From Adineta vaga (lineage: Eukaryota; Animalia; Rotifera), in contig CP075492.1 in NCBI GenBank assembly GCA_021613535.1, forward strand, positions 14,260,001 to 14,324,000: a stretch of 64,000 nucleotides of DNA. The letters run 5' to 3'. A program made the translations under genes and the position numbers. Positions 1 through 13,431 of the stretch are shown in pieces. The notes under the pieces are model-generated. The model made no database searches, was not told the DNA's origin, and saw only the letters and a program-made list of their open reading frames with translations. How positions within the stretch are numbered: the first letter of the stretch is position 1; each line of letters opens with the position of its first letter.

Positions 1-1475
1 AATGAATTGTATAGTCTTTCTCGGATACCATTTGCGAACAGATATCTGCGAGATCGTCTTTTTTCAACATATTAAATATATTTTGCTCATACGCCAAATT
101 CATTAAAATCATCATACTAAATCCAACAATTCGAACGTTTGGGTCAAATAAATACTCAGTGTATGATGTCTTGATAGTCAGATTTTGTCGTAAGATTATC
201 AGTAACTGTGTGACAATAGAACTTTGCATAGTTAATTTTCTGAAAGAAGGTGTCAGTGATAAGTTGTATAGGAAATAACAATGAGAACTTGAAAGATATG
301 CTTCTAATAGAGCACTGTCATACATATCCCATGTGGGTTCTACGCCTTAAATTAAACCAATAAGACATGGTTATGAAAAACTGAAAAATATTCTCACCAC
401 GTGTTGCAGTATATTTATCAAAAATAGATTTACTAGCCGCTATCAGGGATTTTGATAATAACGCAGCAACTTGATTGTCTTGTAGGAACTTATGTCGAAC
501 AATATATTGTGGACATATTTCAGTAAAGAAAATTTGTTTTGGTGTGAGTCGTATTTGATCGGGTTCCATTGTTTCGAATACTTGCCGATAATATTTTGAG
601 CTTAAACATTTTACAACAGAATTGAGTAACATATCAACAATATTCAGTTTAGAGCAGAGAAGAACCAGACGATTAATGACTTTGTATTTAACGTGATATG
701 AAGGATATTCGTTTCTTGATAGATCATCAAGAGCATGAACTAAAGTTTGAAGAAATGAGTCCGTTAAAAAGATAACGTGATACTGCACTGAAATAATTCT
801 TGTTTCATCGTTTTCCGATAGGGAAAGATTAACATTGGTATCATTAGATGTCGAAATGGTTTGATATCGAAATTTTCGAGATTTCGGTAGCTCAGTTATA
901 GTCATTTTTTTTTGTTCGGTTGGACGTGCCTTTGGAGCGTTTGGAGGTAGACGCGCTGTCTTAACATTTAGTTTTTCTGTAAGTTGCTTGATCATCCTGT
1001 TATTTTCATGCAAATTCACAACTTTAGTATTTACTTTTTCCGTCACCGGAACTACTTCTGTAGGCACGTCTCCATAGATCAAACCTCCCGATTCATTTTG
1101 ATATAAACATAGCTGTGTTACCAAATAACTTATTGAATTGAAACAGTCTTCTTCTTGTTTAGTCATTGTTACTGTTCGAGAATGATTCGATTTGATCAAT
1201 AACAATTCTAATGTTTGACTAATATAATCGAAAATTGGATGGTTTCTAAGAATTAGATGATCAAATAGTTTACGCATCTTCAACGTAGCTAAATCGTCAC
1301 AAAAAGTTGTGAGAAAACTCAATCCATCGTTTTTTTTCTTTTGTGAAGATGCTTTGTCCAAATAAGAAATAATATCGTCGAACAAATGTTTCATATCTTC
1401 AATTCTGAACATACGTCGTTTTTGACGAAGTCGACGGACAATAATCCCGTATCGCAATGACAAGTTCTCCATCAT
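1..1475 (-). CDS. Large alpha-helical (ARM-like) protein, 3'-truncated by the window edge; resembles the N-terminus of rotifer ARM+TIR proteins
   Basis: ORF 318-1490 (ATG ~1475). GTGAG..TTAAG intron at ~346-396, after which the frame stays open to base 1 (..EYLFDPNVRIVGFSMMILMNLAYE..). Leu-rich helical composition. No TIR is visible inside the window. Confidence 0.6.
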
Positions 1476-1600
1476 AACAGTATAGCTCAATATAAGAAAA
1501 TTATATGATAATCTAAAATTATAATGTTCGTTTATGTTTTAAAATATTTTATACTTAATTCAATGTTTGTAATAGAGAAGAAGAAAAAATCAGTTCTATC

Positions 1601-4600
1601 TTAATTATTATGAATGCCACAAAGTCGTCGAAAAGTGATAACATTTAGTCTGCTATATTCTAAGAATACTTCTAATGCTTTTTGATCTTTTTGGCTTGCG
1701 TCGTCGATCTTTTTTTCTATTTTTTGAACATCGTCTTTGGTCACTTGAGATCTTTCTTCAATGGTCCGTACCATAAGGTGTCTCTTTCGTCGACTGAAAT
1801 ATCGTAGAATTCTTTTCCTTAATTTCAACATTAGATTAAGATCAAGCAGCTGTTGAAAATTTTGAAAAGGTTTCATAGTTTTCGTTTTATCACCAGTATC
1901 AATTTTGTTATCTTGAATGCTTTCCTCTTCGTTATTGTCTGAATATCTTTCGGGCCACACTAATTCGTTCTCTTCAATTTTGGTGTTGAAAATATTGATT
2001 CGTCCATCAGCTATGATCAGTCGTTCGAAATATTCATGTGCCTGTTCCATGGTAAATGATAAGAAATTTGATGCGTATACAGAGAAATAACCATTTTTCA
2101 AATACGAATAATTAGATCCTAAGGAATCGTCTTGCCATCGCTCATAATCGGTGAATGGAGAGTACATAACAACTTGAGCATCATTTATATCTCCAGTTGG
2201 CGTAAATGGAGGAAAATTCTTTTTGGTAACGTTAGGTGCTTTATTGAGCCACCGTTTAGCACTATCCAAGAAGGCTTTCAAAACAACAATTGAGTAGTCT
2301 TCTGTCAAAAAGCGCGAAAAAGTAAAAATATTTTATAACTATAATTTTCATAGAACTCACGTTCTGCCGCTGCGTCCAGTTTAGCGGAATCCCCGGGGTA
2401 AGGAGTTCCATAAGAAGATTGTTTTTCGCTCAGAATCTGTTCCAAATCGTCAGTGACGAGAATTAAACTTGAGACAAGAACATCAATTTCATCGTGTGAA
2501 ATCCTTTCATTTTTCAGTCTGTTCTTCATCCTTAATTGATAATCTTGTTCTCGTTCTTGTCTCTGTGCACTAGTCAACTTTTGTAGGGCCAATGATGTAC
2601 TACCAAATACACCTTCCTCATAATTCGTTTCCGTAGGATTAGATTTCAATGTAATTTGATCTTGCGGATAATACTGACCAGTAACACCAGGTTTTGTATG
2701 GCGGAGCTACAAAAAATGTTCATTCTATTAGAGCAGATATGAAGAAAGCTTAACTATCCAATTTGGCTTCATACGTTAGGTTTTTTCTTCACTATGATAA
2801 AATTACTATTACTGTATATTTTAATGTATTCTCTAGATATTCGTTAACATATTTGAATACTATAAATTTTCTCCTACTTAAACTCACGCAGTATTAAATG
2901 GGACTTTTTAGTTTAACAAATAAACTATGTCAGTATCAGTTTTAATATCGATTGTTTTTTCGTTTTAAATGACAGTTAAAAGGTAAATAGAATTGTACTA
3001 CAGCCTTTTAGAACGCATACTCATCGTGTAAAAACTGAGCAATGAATTTCGTGATGATTACTAAAACCATTGTTAGTTATAACATACCAGTGCAAGTAGC
3101 ATTTGATCGTATTCCAGATCAAAATCACCACTGAATTCTAATTCAATTTCCGTTTCAAATATATTATAAAATAATCCATCAATTTTCATTGAATATATCC
3201 AAGCACTTTTGCCCATGTCCCGCGAACTATTTTTTCTTGCTACAATAGGAATCATTATTTTGTTCGAGGATTTACCATAATTAATTACATTCATACACTG
3301 AGCGTCTCCTAAATAATCGCCACTGAAATATATCAAGAGTAAATCGGACTGGTTAATCTGTGATTCTGACAAAGGATTGTTCGATGATGATTTACATATA
3401 GAGTAGCCTTCACCAGCTAAAGAAGTAGCCAAACGACGACAAATGGTTCGATCTTTCTGACAGTAGCTGAAAGCAATGTTATAAGTATCTGCACTCAAGC
3501 AGGTAACTTATTTTTTTCCGTCAAACTAACTCTGGGAGTAACTGCTGGTGGAATGCGTATCAACGATTTAAGTTTCAGTATTTTTGGTATATTTTCGTAT
3601 TTTGTTATCGCTTTAACTACATTTTCCGGCAAACCAATTAAATCTAAATAAAAATTGTGAAGGTCCATTATTGCTAGAACACTTTTGTCCAGACAGTATT
3701 TGTAAAAATAATTGACTACATGTTGATTCCAGTTTTTCAGCTCCAATGCTTTGTTTATTCTTTGAGTCGAAATCACATGTTTATTTATATAATTGTTGAT
3801 ATCATTTTCACAAATTCGTAAACTATTACCTTTCGATGTTATGAGAGTTATGTCGATTGCTAAAAGAAAAAAAGTTCATGTTATTATTTTTATTAAAAAC
3901 TTCTATTTCATGAAAATTAATTTAAAAATAAGGGATAAATGTGGATGTATATGATGCAGAATATTCAGAAATTATCTTGCATTCCGTTCAAATTCGAATG
4001 AAAAAATTCTGGACTCGATTGCTTTTGGTTTGTAATAACCAATATCTTGGAATTATAAGCTAGTCGCGTGACTATTGATGAGTGATAGGGGGCTGTAGGT
4101 CCGCGTTTTTCTGTATCCGAACCCGTAAAAAGTGGAAATATCGCATCTGATGGGTGGAATGTATGAGATAGTGTAAGGTGCTATAGTTATGGACCTTACA
4201 TGTATATTCTAACGACACTGACGGCACTAAAGAGCATCATGCTTGAAAAGTAATAAACATCGTTACTCACTCGACAAAATACATGGATACTGAGCAAAAC
4301 CATCTTCATCAGACTGCAATTTCATCATGGATTCGTTAAATATCTTGAACAAATCATCTTGGTTATCATTGAAAACAAGCATAATAGTCCAACAAGATCT
4401 CCTTTCTATTAGTTCTTGCCTTAATGCATGAAGCAAAAGTTCGACGAATTGTTGTCCAACATGAAAATTCTCCCAGTCGGTTAAAGAAAACGTAATTCTG
4501 TTTGCATTGGGACAGTAGTTAGTAATACTTTCTGTTACAGATACAATGAATTTTGTTATCGATTGTTTTAATTTGGTAATTGCTTTTCCGTCGTTCAGTG

Positions 4601-6094
4601 CAGGAGGTAACCAACGTTTGAATAAAACTTTTTTACCCGAATTTGTTTCAAAATACTCATTATTATTCAGTAAAGTAACATGCTGTTCAAGTATTCCCGC
4701 ATCTGTTGAAACAACAGTGATGTCACTCTAAAATAGAAGCGATAAAAACAATGTACAAAGCGCCAAAACATTGTTTACCGGCCAAACTACAGATGGATCA
4801 TTCTTGTGTATTTGGATCGAGATATTCGATGTTGATATTGCTCTTAATGACAATGATGAACAGAATTGATTTGATTGTTCAAGCATTGTGTTTGAAATGG
4901 GAGACGTAGCATTACTAACCGCTTTGGGAATTCGAAAAATTTGTAACTCCGTTTTTGAAACAACTCTTTCTATACGACAGCTGTATTGTGTACTAATTCT
5001 ATCCAACTGTGCTTTATTCTCATCGGATAGTAAAGCAGAATTGTCTATCGTTTTTATAGTACAGATAACTGTTTCACAGATGAGTTCATTGATTTCTTCT
5101 TTGATTTTCTCTATCAGATATTGAGGAGCATAGAATTCTTTTTGTTGAAGTCGTATCTTAACATTGTCATTGACATAATGATTCTCAATATCTGCAAGTT
5201 GTTGCAGGCAGTTGTCTATGAGATATTCATACTAAAAAAATATATAGTTACTTCATGTAACTCGACATATGTATTGTATCTACCTGAGTTTTATGCAATT
5301 TAAGTTCAAATTGTTTCAGCGTATGTTTAGTGGCAATCAATTGTAATTTCTTTTTCACAATTTTTACTAATTTTTTTCGTCCTAATAAACTAATCTTTAT
5401 ATCTATTCGGTTCGGATATGTATGACGAATAATAGCTAGTTCTGGTTTTCTGTTACTGATTATGGCTTGTTCAATTTCTTTTATAAAACTTTTTGTTTTC
5501 TCATCAGGCATTTTCATGTTTTCAACGTAATCTATTTGTTTATATAAAATCTGTGTGATTTCTGCTTCCGTTATATCGAATGGATGATAACTGAAATATA
5601 ATACCTTGTAGTAACCAGAAAACATTTTTGTTTTTTCCCATAATGTGAATATATTTTCGTGATCTATGATTTGCTGAATGACATCAATGGCTGCATCAGA
5701 AAAAATATGGCTTGACAAGTACATAACTGGAAATTGATCAATGAGAAATATGATTCGAGATCTAAATAATTTTACCTTTTTTATCAGTATCTTCTGAATT
5801 ATAGATTTTTGATTGTACTGATTCAAAGAGATCTTTCATGGCATCACGGCTAGACTTAACATTTTGCTTGTCACCATCTAAAGTAATGATCACATTTACG
5901 TCTTCTACTTTTATTGAGCACGTTATGTTGAAGATCTGAGATAAATAGCGTTGAAGTGTTGTGCAAAATGAAGGATTTTTAAAAAATTTAATATTAATAT
6001 GTGGATTGTCAGGAGTAATTGTGAAAGTTTTTGTATATGTTCCAATTTCACTATCGTTATCCATAGCGACATCACTTGTGTGTCGTCTACTCAT
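1601..6094 (-). CDS. KH-like/Macro-like/TIR protein, copy A (7 exons; 1-nt frameshift at ~3498; TIR catalytic Glu replaced by Val)
   Basis: Exons joined by GT-AG introns at ~5713-5775, 5228-5283, 4729-4778, 3860-4269, 2708-3087, 2302-2360. TIR box YNIAFSYCQKD..SDLLLIYFSGDY..CMNV. Colinear with copy B and shares the C-terminal motif RWLxKxxNVTKxNxPPFxPxGDINDA. Confidence 0.7.
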
Positions 6095-7689
6095 TTTGAT
6101 CAATGAAGTTTCTCTAACTGAACTGCATTACCTCTAAGTGAGACACATAAAATAAAATCATAAATACGATCTTCTATCAATTGAAAGGGACAATAAAAAT
6201 AGATTTTTTTCAATAACATACACACATACAAATATTATATATGTAATCAACAGAAATCTTTCTTGAAATTGTACATGGATATTATGAACTTTTTAGTTTG
6301 TAATAAATAACGACACCAAATGTAACTTACTATAGAGTGTGATTTAAGGTAAATAGTCATATGCCTTATTCATCGGAGCGTACGCAGAGCCTGAAAGAAA
6401 TCACTTCATGCAGACGTTTCATGAAAAGCAAACATTTGAGTTTTTTCCAACAATAACAAAATATTTCACAATAAAACGAGACAAGGGGTAAAACTCAAAA
6501 CAATTTTTTTCGAAGATTAACTTATGCAAATGATGAAGTACTATGGCCATGATTAAATTGTCCAAAATATCTATATGAAACATGATTCTCCAAGCATGTA
6601 CAGATTGCAAGGGTACTTTTGTAGACATAGTAATAGAATTTTTAATTCTTCAGAAAGAAAAGGGACTCAGCTACTGACATCTTATATTTTTATGGGGGAA
6701 TCATTAGTTGTGTACGAAGACTTTTAAAAAGTTAAGAGACGCTCGAACTAGACTTCTACGAGAATATTGCTCCTCTCCTTATTTTACTGAATTGTAGTTC
6801 ACCCATCGTAACTGTTATTTTATTTTTCATCATTATCGTCGGAAGTGATATTTTTGCAGTCATTTCTGGACAGTTCATTAACATAATTTTAAGTTTTTGA
6901 ATACCTTTTTTTGTCCGGTGTAGTTTGATGTACATCTGTCGGGGATAGGAAACGAAGACCATCAGAAGTTGTTCTCGAAGAATTCGAACTAAAACAACTT
7001 TCAGGAAGACTGAATCCTCACTATCCATTTCTTTTGTGGCGTTTCGACTAATCTCTTGTACTGTATGATGATTACTCTAAATGATATGAGACTCTGATGT
7101 CAACCCTATTAGACCCGATGAACTTCGTCTCGAATAAATCAAATAAAAATGCTAAAACGTGGAACTTACGTAGTCCATGTGCTAGTGTATCCTGTCCGTA
7201 ATAGAACTTTGTCTGTGATGGGAACCTATGTCTTTAAGAGTTACAGGAGAGGGAGTCGAAAATTCATCGATTTAAAAGTTTCACTGATTAGATGTTGAAT
7301 ACTTGCTATTTTCTCGTTTATAACCTTTATACACCCTAATTAAAATATTAAAAAAGAACTTACCACACGAAAGTATATACAGCAAAGCAAGTGAGCAATT
7401 TTTTTCGACGAAATCGGTATGTATTCGTTTGTTTTTCGCTGTTCCTTTTATTGTGTCATTGAAGTGCATTTTATTTTATTCCAAGAATAAAGAGAAAAAT
7501 ATTCTTCCGACTTATTAACAATGAATGTATGCTTGCATATTTGACTTTTACTTGTTTTAGAAGAGATCAGTAGTTTTTCTTGATAAAGTCGATCGACTTC
7601 GCTAACTGGATTACCATTGATTTGACTTTATTCTATACAAAAGTAAACACAATCTTCATCTAAATTAGCATACAATTATCTTGTTCGAA

Positions 7690-10600
7690 ATGTCCGCAAA
7701 AAAAGACCTACCACCCAAAGATCCAAAAGCCATTGGTTACTGGGTGGCAGATCCAATTCCAAAAAGATTCTTACAGCAACCAAAATTTTGTCTTCATTTT
7801 CAAGAATATCTTCAGAGTTTATTTCGAATTGAATTAGTAATAATGTTACAACAGCCAGAGCGTGAAGATGGAAGTTGGTGGAACAAGCCTCCGCCAGGTT
7901 ATATGATACAATTATTGGCAGGAGAAAAGAACAAAGAAATGGGACAAGCTGTATCAGATTTTTGTAGGAACTATTTCAATAGCATACAATCAGAAACAGT
8001 TTATAGTTCTCAAGGTATGAAAACAGAAAAGAAAAAGAAAGCGTTTTGAATAAGAAGGGTGTGGGTGTAGGTGGAATTGATGAATAAATATATCACATCC
8101 ACACTTTTCTTATACAATGCTAGATTTGTCCAATTTTCCAAACCATTTTTTAAAAGGGAAATCGAGTTATAAACGTTTCCCAAATGATCTATATTTACAT
8201 ATGTAAAGATACCATTTCTGACTCGGGTGCCCTTTTTTTTCATTCGAAATGATCATTTGTCTCCCCGATCAGAAATTTGCCAGATCCTCGGCTTAATACA
8301 GAAGTATATACTGATCTATTTTCAGTTTATTTTGGTTTTAGTTAACAAATGGCTATTGTATAAGTCAACAAAGAACAATTATCTTCGTTGCATCCAGAAT
8401 ATCTTACAAGATAAATTTCAAGATATTTTTACTGTGTGTATAAAAGAGAGAGGAGCATTAAAAGTTCATTACTTAGTAAAAGATCCAGTCAGTGTATTTA
8501 ATAGTAAAGACATTAATATGATACTTAAAGATCTTTCTGAAGAACTGCTCTTACTACCAATAGGACGTGAACAATCTCTACAACTAAGAAAAGAATTAAA
8601 GAGGACAATAGCAAAAGTGGCAAACAATAATCAAGTGTATATTCATTCTGGTTTTACAAGAACAGGAGTTATAATTACACAAACAAAACTTGTGCTTTTT
8701 GGAAATAAGGAAATTGTACAAAATATAAAAAGTGACTTGATACATATTATTAACAAATATCGTGTAATGACGTATAAATTTGATTCTATAGATCCATCTC
8801 AGGTAATTGATGTATTGTTTTCTGTTATGTGTTCTATGTTGAAGATACTTTTCGTTTAGATTAAATTTATTCTTGAGAGCTGTTCTCATCAGTTACGGCA
8901 AATCGAAAAGAAATACAAGAAATTCGGTGTTGATCTACGATTAAGAGCACATGAATTTGCTTCACCTCAATACTTAAAAGATGAGATCGAATCTTTCGTC
9001 ACGCAGCTATTGTTGCATTCGTCTGTTAAAACAATAAAGAGCGTGCAATTATCAAAAGAGGTAGCAGAACAAGCACAAAAGCACTTGCAATATATTGCAT
9101 GTCAAAACCGTTGTGATATCAAAATTGAGTTAACATACAAATCTCGGTGTTATAAAGTACCCAAAGCACAAACACTCTCTACATACTTATCAAAATCCGT
9201 AATAGATCAATCTAATAATTTCAATTCTTCCCCATATGTGTTTAACAAGTTAAATATAGCGAACGGATCAATTGAAATTCGTACAGGAGATATAACTAAA
9301 TACGATGTGAGTTTGATACTAGTTTTGCATGGAAATCTTGTGTTTTTTTTTTCGCAGGTGGACACAATTGTCATTTCTAACACACCCGATGGACTGAAAG
9401 AAGGTGTGATTGAACAAGCTGGCATGTTTATCTACGAACATACTTTTCCAGATTCCAATAGAATGAAGTTTACAGAAACTAACGGAGGCGCTCTGCAATG
9501 CAAACGAATTCTGTTTTCAAACTGGATACCGTCTATGAGTTCCGAGAATGACAATGAACTAAAAAAATCCATAGAAGGCTTTCTGTCAAAATCTATTGAA
9601 TATGCAATAAAAGATGAGAATTCTTCATCTATTGCGTTTGCGGTATCTGATTCATGTCCTTATGAGACTGTTCTTGCTCAAGAAATGATAAGTACAGCGA
9701 AGCGCCAGCTCGAATCGACCAATTTACAAGTACGCATCTTATTCATTCTATTTACTGACCAACACACTCTTCGAAATGAATTCTTTTCCGCTCTCAGCAT
9801 AATGCAAGATGTGTATGCACAGTTCGAGTGGCCAACTGCAGGTAAGATTCATCGGTGCTAAAGCACTGCTATATATTAGATTGCTTTCAGTTGTCAAAGC
9901 AACGCTCACAGGGTCCAATGATGCCGATATAGACAAATGTCAAGAAAAAATGTACAAATGTCTGAAACGTTCTGTTGATTCGCTGAAATTAACAAATTCA
10001 CATGGTATATTTCAAAACTGGGATCAATACACAATAAATTCATTTTATAAATATTGCAAAGATAAATGTGTTTTGCCACAAATCAACCAAACAAAGGATG
10101 AAATCGACCTGATTGGGCCAATTAATTGTGTGCGTGATGTTCAACAAAAATTGAATTTTTTATCACAGCTTGTAAAAGAAAGAGCATCGCGCATCCCTAC
10201 AACACAACGTCCCAGTTCAGCTGTCAGTCGTTCAGCGCGTGCTGATATTACATCTACTACAGGCCATGCAAAAGTATATAACATTATGATTAGTTATTCG
10301 GAACGCGACATAAAATATTGTCAACGTCTAATTGATCGACTAGCTGAAGAGGGGTTTTCAATTTGGGCTGAACCAGCTTTTCTTGATCGGCAACGTGATG
10401 TTGCATCGCAGATGAACAAATCAGACTGCATTATCCTTTGTGTTAGTGAAAATTACTACGAAAATCAATCATGTGAGAAAGAGGCAAGGTATGCGTTTCA
10501 AATCGGTAAATATGTGTTTCCAGTGAAAATTCAAAACGATCCATTGATCTGTTGGCAACGCGAAGTATTTAAAGATAAATTATTTTTTCAACTATTCGGA

Positions 10601-12021
10601 TCGGAAAATCATTTTGATTTTGGATATGGAAATCTATTACTAAGGATAGTGAGTATTAGAAAAAAAATAGTTTTTGTATTGCTAGGACGACGTTTATTGC
10701 TCATGTAGTTACAATATACACAGCCAGGGTTTGTTTCTCTTCTGCAACAAAGAACTGTACGCCTACAACAAGATAATGACGAATCGTATGGTCTTATGAC
10801 AGTTGAACGTCGACGAACACTTTATGATAACAAGATCAGATCACTTATGAACGGTGGTCGCGTAGAACAAGAAGAAATGAAACATTTAACTGAACAATTA
10901 CATACGATATTAAATGCAGCGCGTAATGATTACATTGAGGCAATCGATATTAACAAGAGAGATGATGATGCACTCTCAAAGGTGGAAAATACCATAGGTG
11001 AGCTTTTCCTCAAATGATTTATCAGGAAAACAAAATGAAAACATAGATGTAAGGAATGTTGATACTGTGGATAGTTTTGTGATGTTTGTAGTTTCAACAG
11101 TATCACATTGACTAACAACACCAACATGATTCTTGATAAACTACATACCCAAACATTGCCAACACCTCTGCTACCTTGCATATTCTCTATATACATATAT
11201 GACTCTTACCACCGTACTTGCTAGTGATTTCTCGCTCTCAATATGTTCAATATCTTTCATATTGTATCGTCTGTTCTGAACAAAAACTAGTGTTTGCTTG
11301 AATTTTGCTGCAAAATTAATTTCTCTATTATCTCTGTATATGCCAGAAAATTTAATATTTTACAACCACTGATTTTCTCATCTGTATAGTATTCATTTTA
11401 GAAAAGGAATTCGGTTGGATACAACGTTGGCTGAGAAAATCAACAAATGTTACAAAAAACAATTTACCACCCTTTGCTCCAAGTGGTGATATTAATGACG
11501 CCCCGTTTCCCATGCCAGATTATATTGCTAAGTCTTTGAATCTATATGATTCATCAGTTTCCTCAAAGAAATCTCCGATTAAACTTCGACACGCTTTCGA
11601 ATGCGATATTTTTAAACGACCTACAGAGCAACCTTTTACACGTACTCTATTCAACATAATTCCTGCAAACAACGAACTCACCTACGGAAAATGTACCCAG
11701 CTGCTAGTACCATTTAGTACCTCGCTTCAAACGTCCATTAGTGATGTTTTTGATAACGATATCATTCCGCAGAAAGCAGCGACATTACCTGTGATACCAC
11801 TTGAGTATATATCATCTAATACAGTTGGCACACAAAAATATCGCAAAACTACTAATTTAAATGACGCGCCTAAAAGACCAATGAAAATTGGGAAGAAGCG
11901 CATCGGTAAAAAGCATCCTCGTCCTACCCGTGAACTATTAAACGTGTATTTACAAAGTTTTGCAAAGCGAATGAACGAAAATGCTCTTGAATTTGAAAAG
12001 TTTTGCTTGATAAATGCATAA
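7690..12021 (+). CDS. KH-like/Macro-like/TIR protein, copy B (7 exons, apparently intact, TIR catalytic Glu present)
   Basis: Introns at ~8015-8341, 8803-8859, 9307-9357, 9842-9890, 10649-10708, 10998-11401. Macro-like segment SIEIRTGDITKYD-VDTIV..TNGGALQCKRILF..SSIAF. TIR segment YNIMISYSERD..GFSIW..SDCIILCVSENYYENQSCEKEARYA..VFPV. Confidence 0.75.
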
Positions 12022-12562
12022 GAATAAATTAATGATGCGAGAAATAATTACAGTAGACTTGAATATCTAAAGACTGATTTCTTTTTCTGTAATAGAGCAT
12101 ATGTACGATGCTTCTATATGCTGACACGCATATTCTCAAGACGAAACTCAATGATTGAATGACGATAACTTTTTATTAACTTATCACTTTCGATGTGGCT
12201 TTCAAATCTTCTTACTCATTGATTTTCATTGATAATAGATTGTTTCAGTATGTCCGATAATATCTTTATTTTCGTTCTTATATTTGCTGAAAGTCGAAGA
12301 GCTTATATCAATTAAGTTAGATTACTCCTCAATTTAGATTCATAGACACATGATTCTCATATCTCTGAAAATTACATTTGTTATCGAAATATAGTCAGGC
12401 AAAATGAAATTTTTATCCATATTAAATGTGATAGGATCAAAAATCTTTATAAAAAAGACTCCGATATCGTTGTCATTAGTCATTTTTTGCGTAGTTACTT
12501 AAATAAATAGTCAATACGATATTGTCAAATTTGGAATGTGTTGCAGTGGTTATCCGGCTATA

Positions 12563-13050
12563 TTAGTCTTCATATTCAAAATGTAATAAGGCTTTACGCC
12601 ATGTATGACGAACGCCGAATGAATAATGAGGTGCACTCGGTTTATATTTCGAAGGTTCGGGCAACTTATATGCAGGACCCGGGGTTCGCTCCACAACACC
12701 ATTGGGACTGGAAGAAGAATAATTTACATCTCGGTGCCTAGCTACCATGGAATAGCTAGGTGATGATGGATATACTGCTTTCATCATTGGAAAATAGGCA
12801 GCAGGTCCTAAAGATTGTGAGATACTTATTTATTCAAATATAGATATAGATATATTTTATTTTTACCCGGATTTTCATTGCCTTCAGAATTGTTACGTTC
12901 TGTATTCTGAGTATTTTGGGATACTTCATTATCTGGTACACTAGTCGTCGAAGAATCTTCTTTGTATTTTTGTTGAGCAACTTTTCGAGCACGCATTTGT
13001 CTGTCAGAGTCATCTTCTATAAAAGATGATGACGAATACATGGCTGACAT
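12563..13050 (-). CDS. ODF3/SHIPPO (STPG) repeat protein, 2 exons
   Basis: After splicing the ~12809-12866 intron: PGPAAYFP..PSSPSYSM..TPGPAYKLPEPSKYKPSAPHYSFGVRH, the typical PGP-Y repeats. Confidence 0.75.
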
Positions 13051-13431
13051 AGATTGATTTGAAATCTTTTCAACAACTGCTTACCAGCCGAGACGGCAGT
13101 CGATCAACTGATGAAAAATTCTTTCTCTTCCTTTCTCTTCCTTTCTCTTCTTTTAAAGTGTGAAAGAAATGCAATAGAAAAAATATAAGGTTAACAACGA
13201 TGTGTGTGGGACAAACATGATTGTGTTGCTTTCTGTATATTTGTGTTTACATAACAAGAATTTTTTGTTTTTGCATGGATTGGGTGAAGTTGTGCTGCGA
13301 CATGAGTAGTATAGTCATTTTTTTAAAATACATGGTAATAATTGTCATATCTTTCTCTGCTCTTATCTCCATTGGTATTGTGCAATGTTATTCTATATAA
13401 AATACGTCATTTGATTTTAAAAAAACATAGT

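Noticed and set aside
2302-2360. Apparent frameshift between ORFs 2305-2649 and 1601-2308
   Set aside because: Explained by a 59-nt GTGAGT..GACAG intron that restores the frame.
6400-7470. Short ORFs and possible micro-exons between the divergent TIR genes
   Set aside because: No coherent gene model or recognisable motif could be assembled.
13120-13152. (ctttctcttc)x3 repeat
   Set aside because: Ordinary pyrimidine-rich microsatellite near a promoter.
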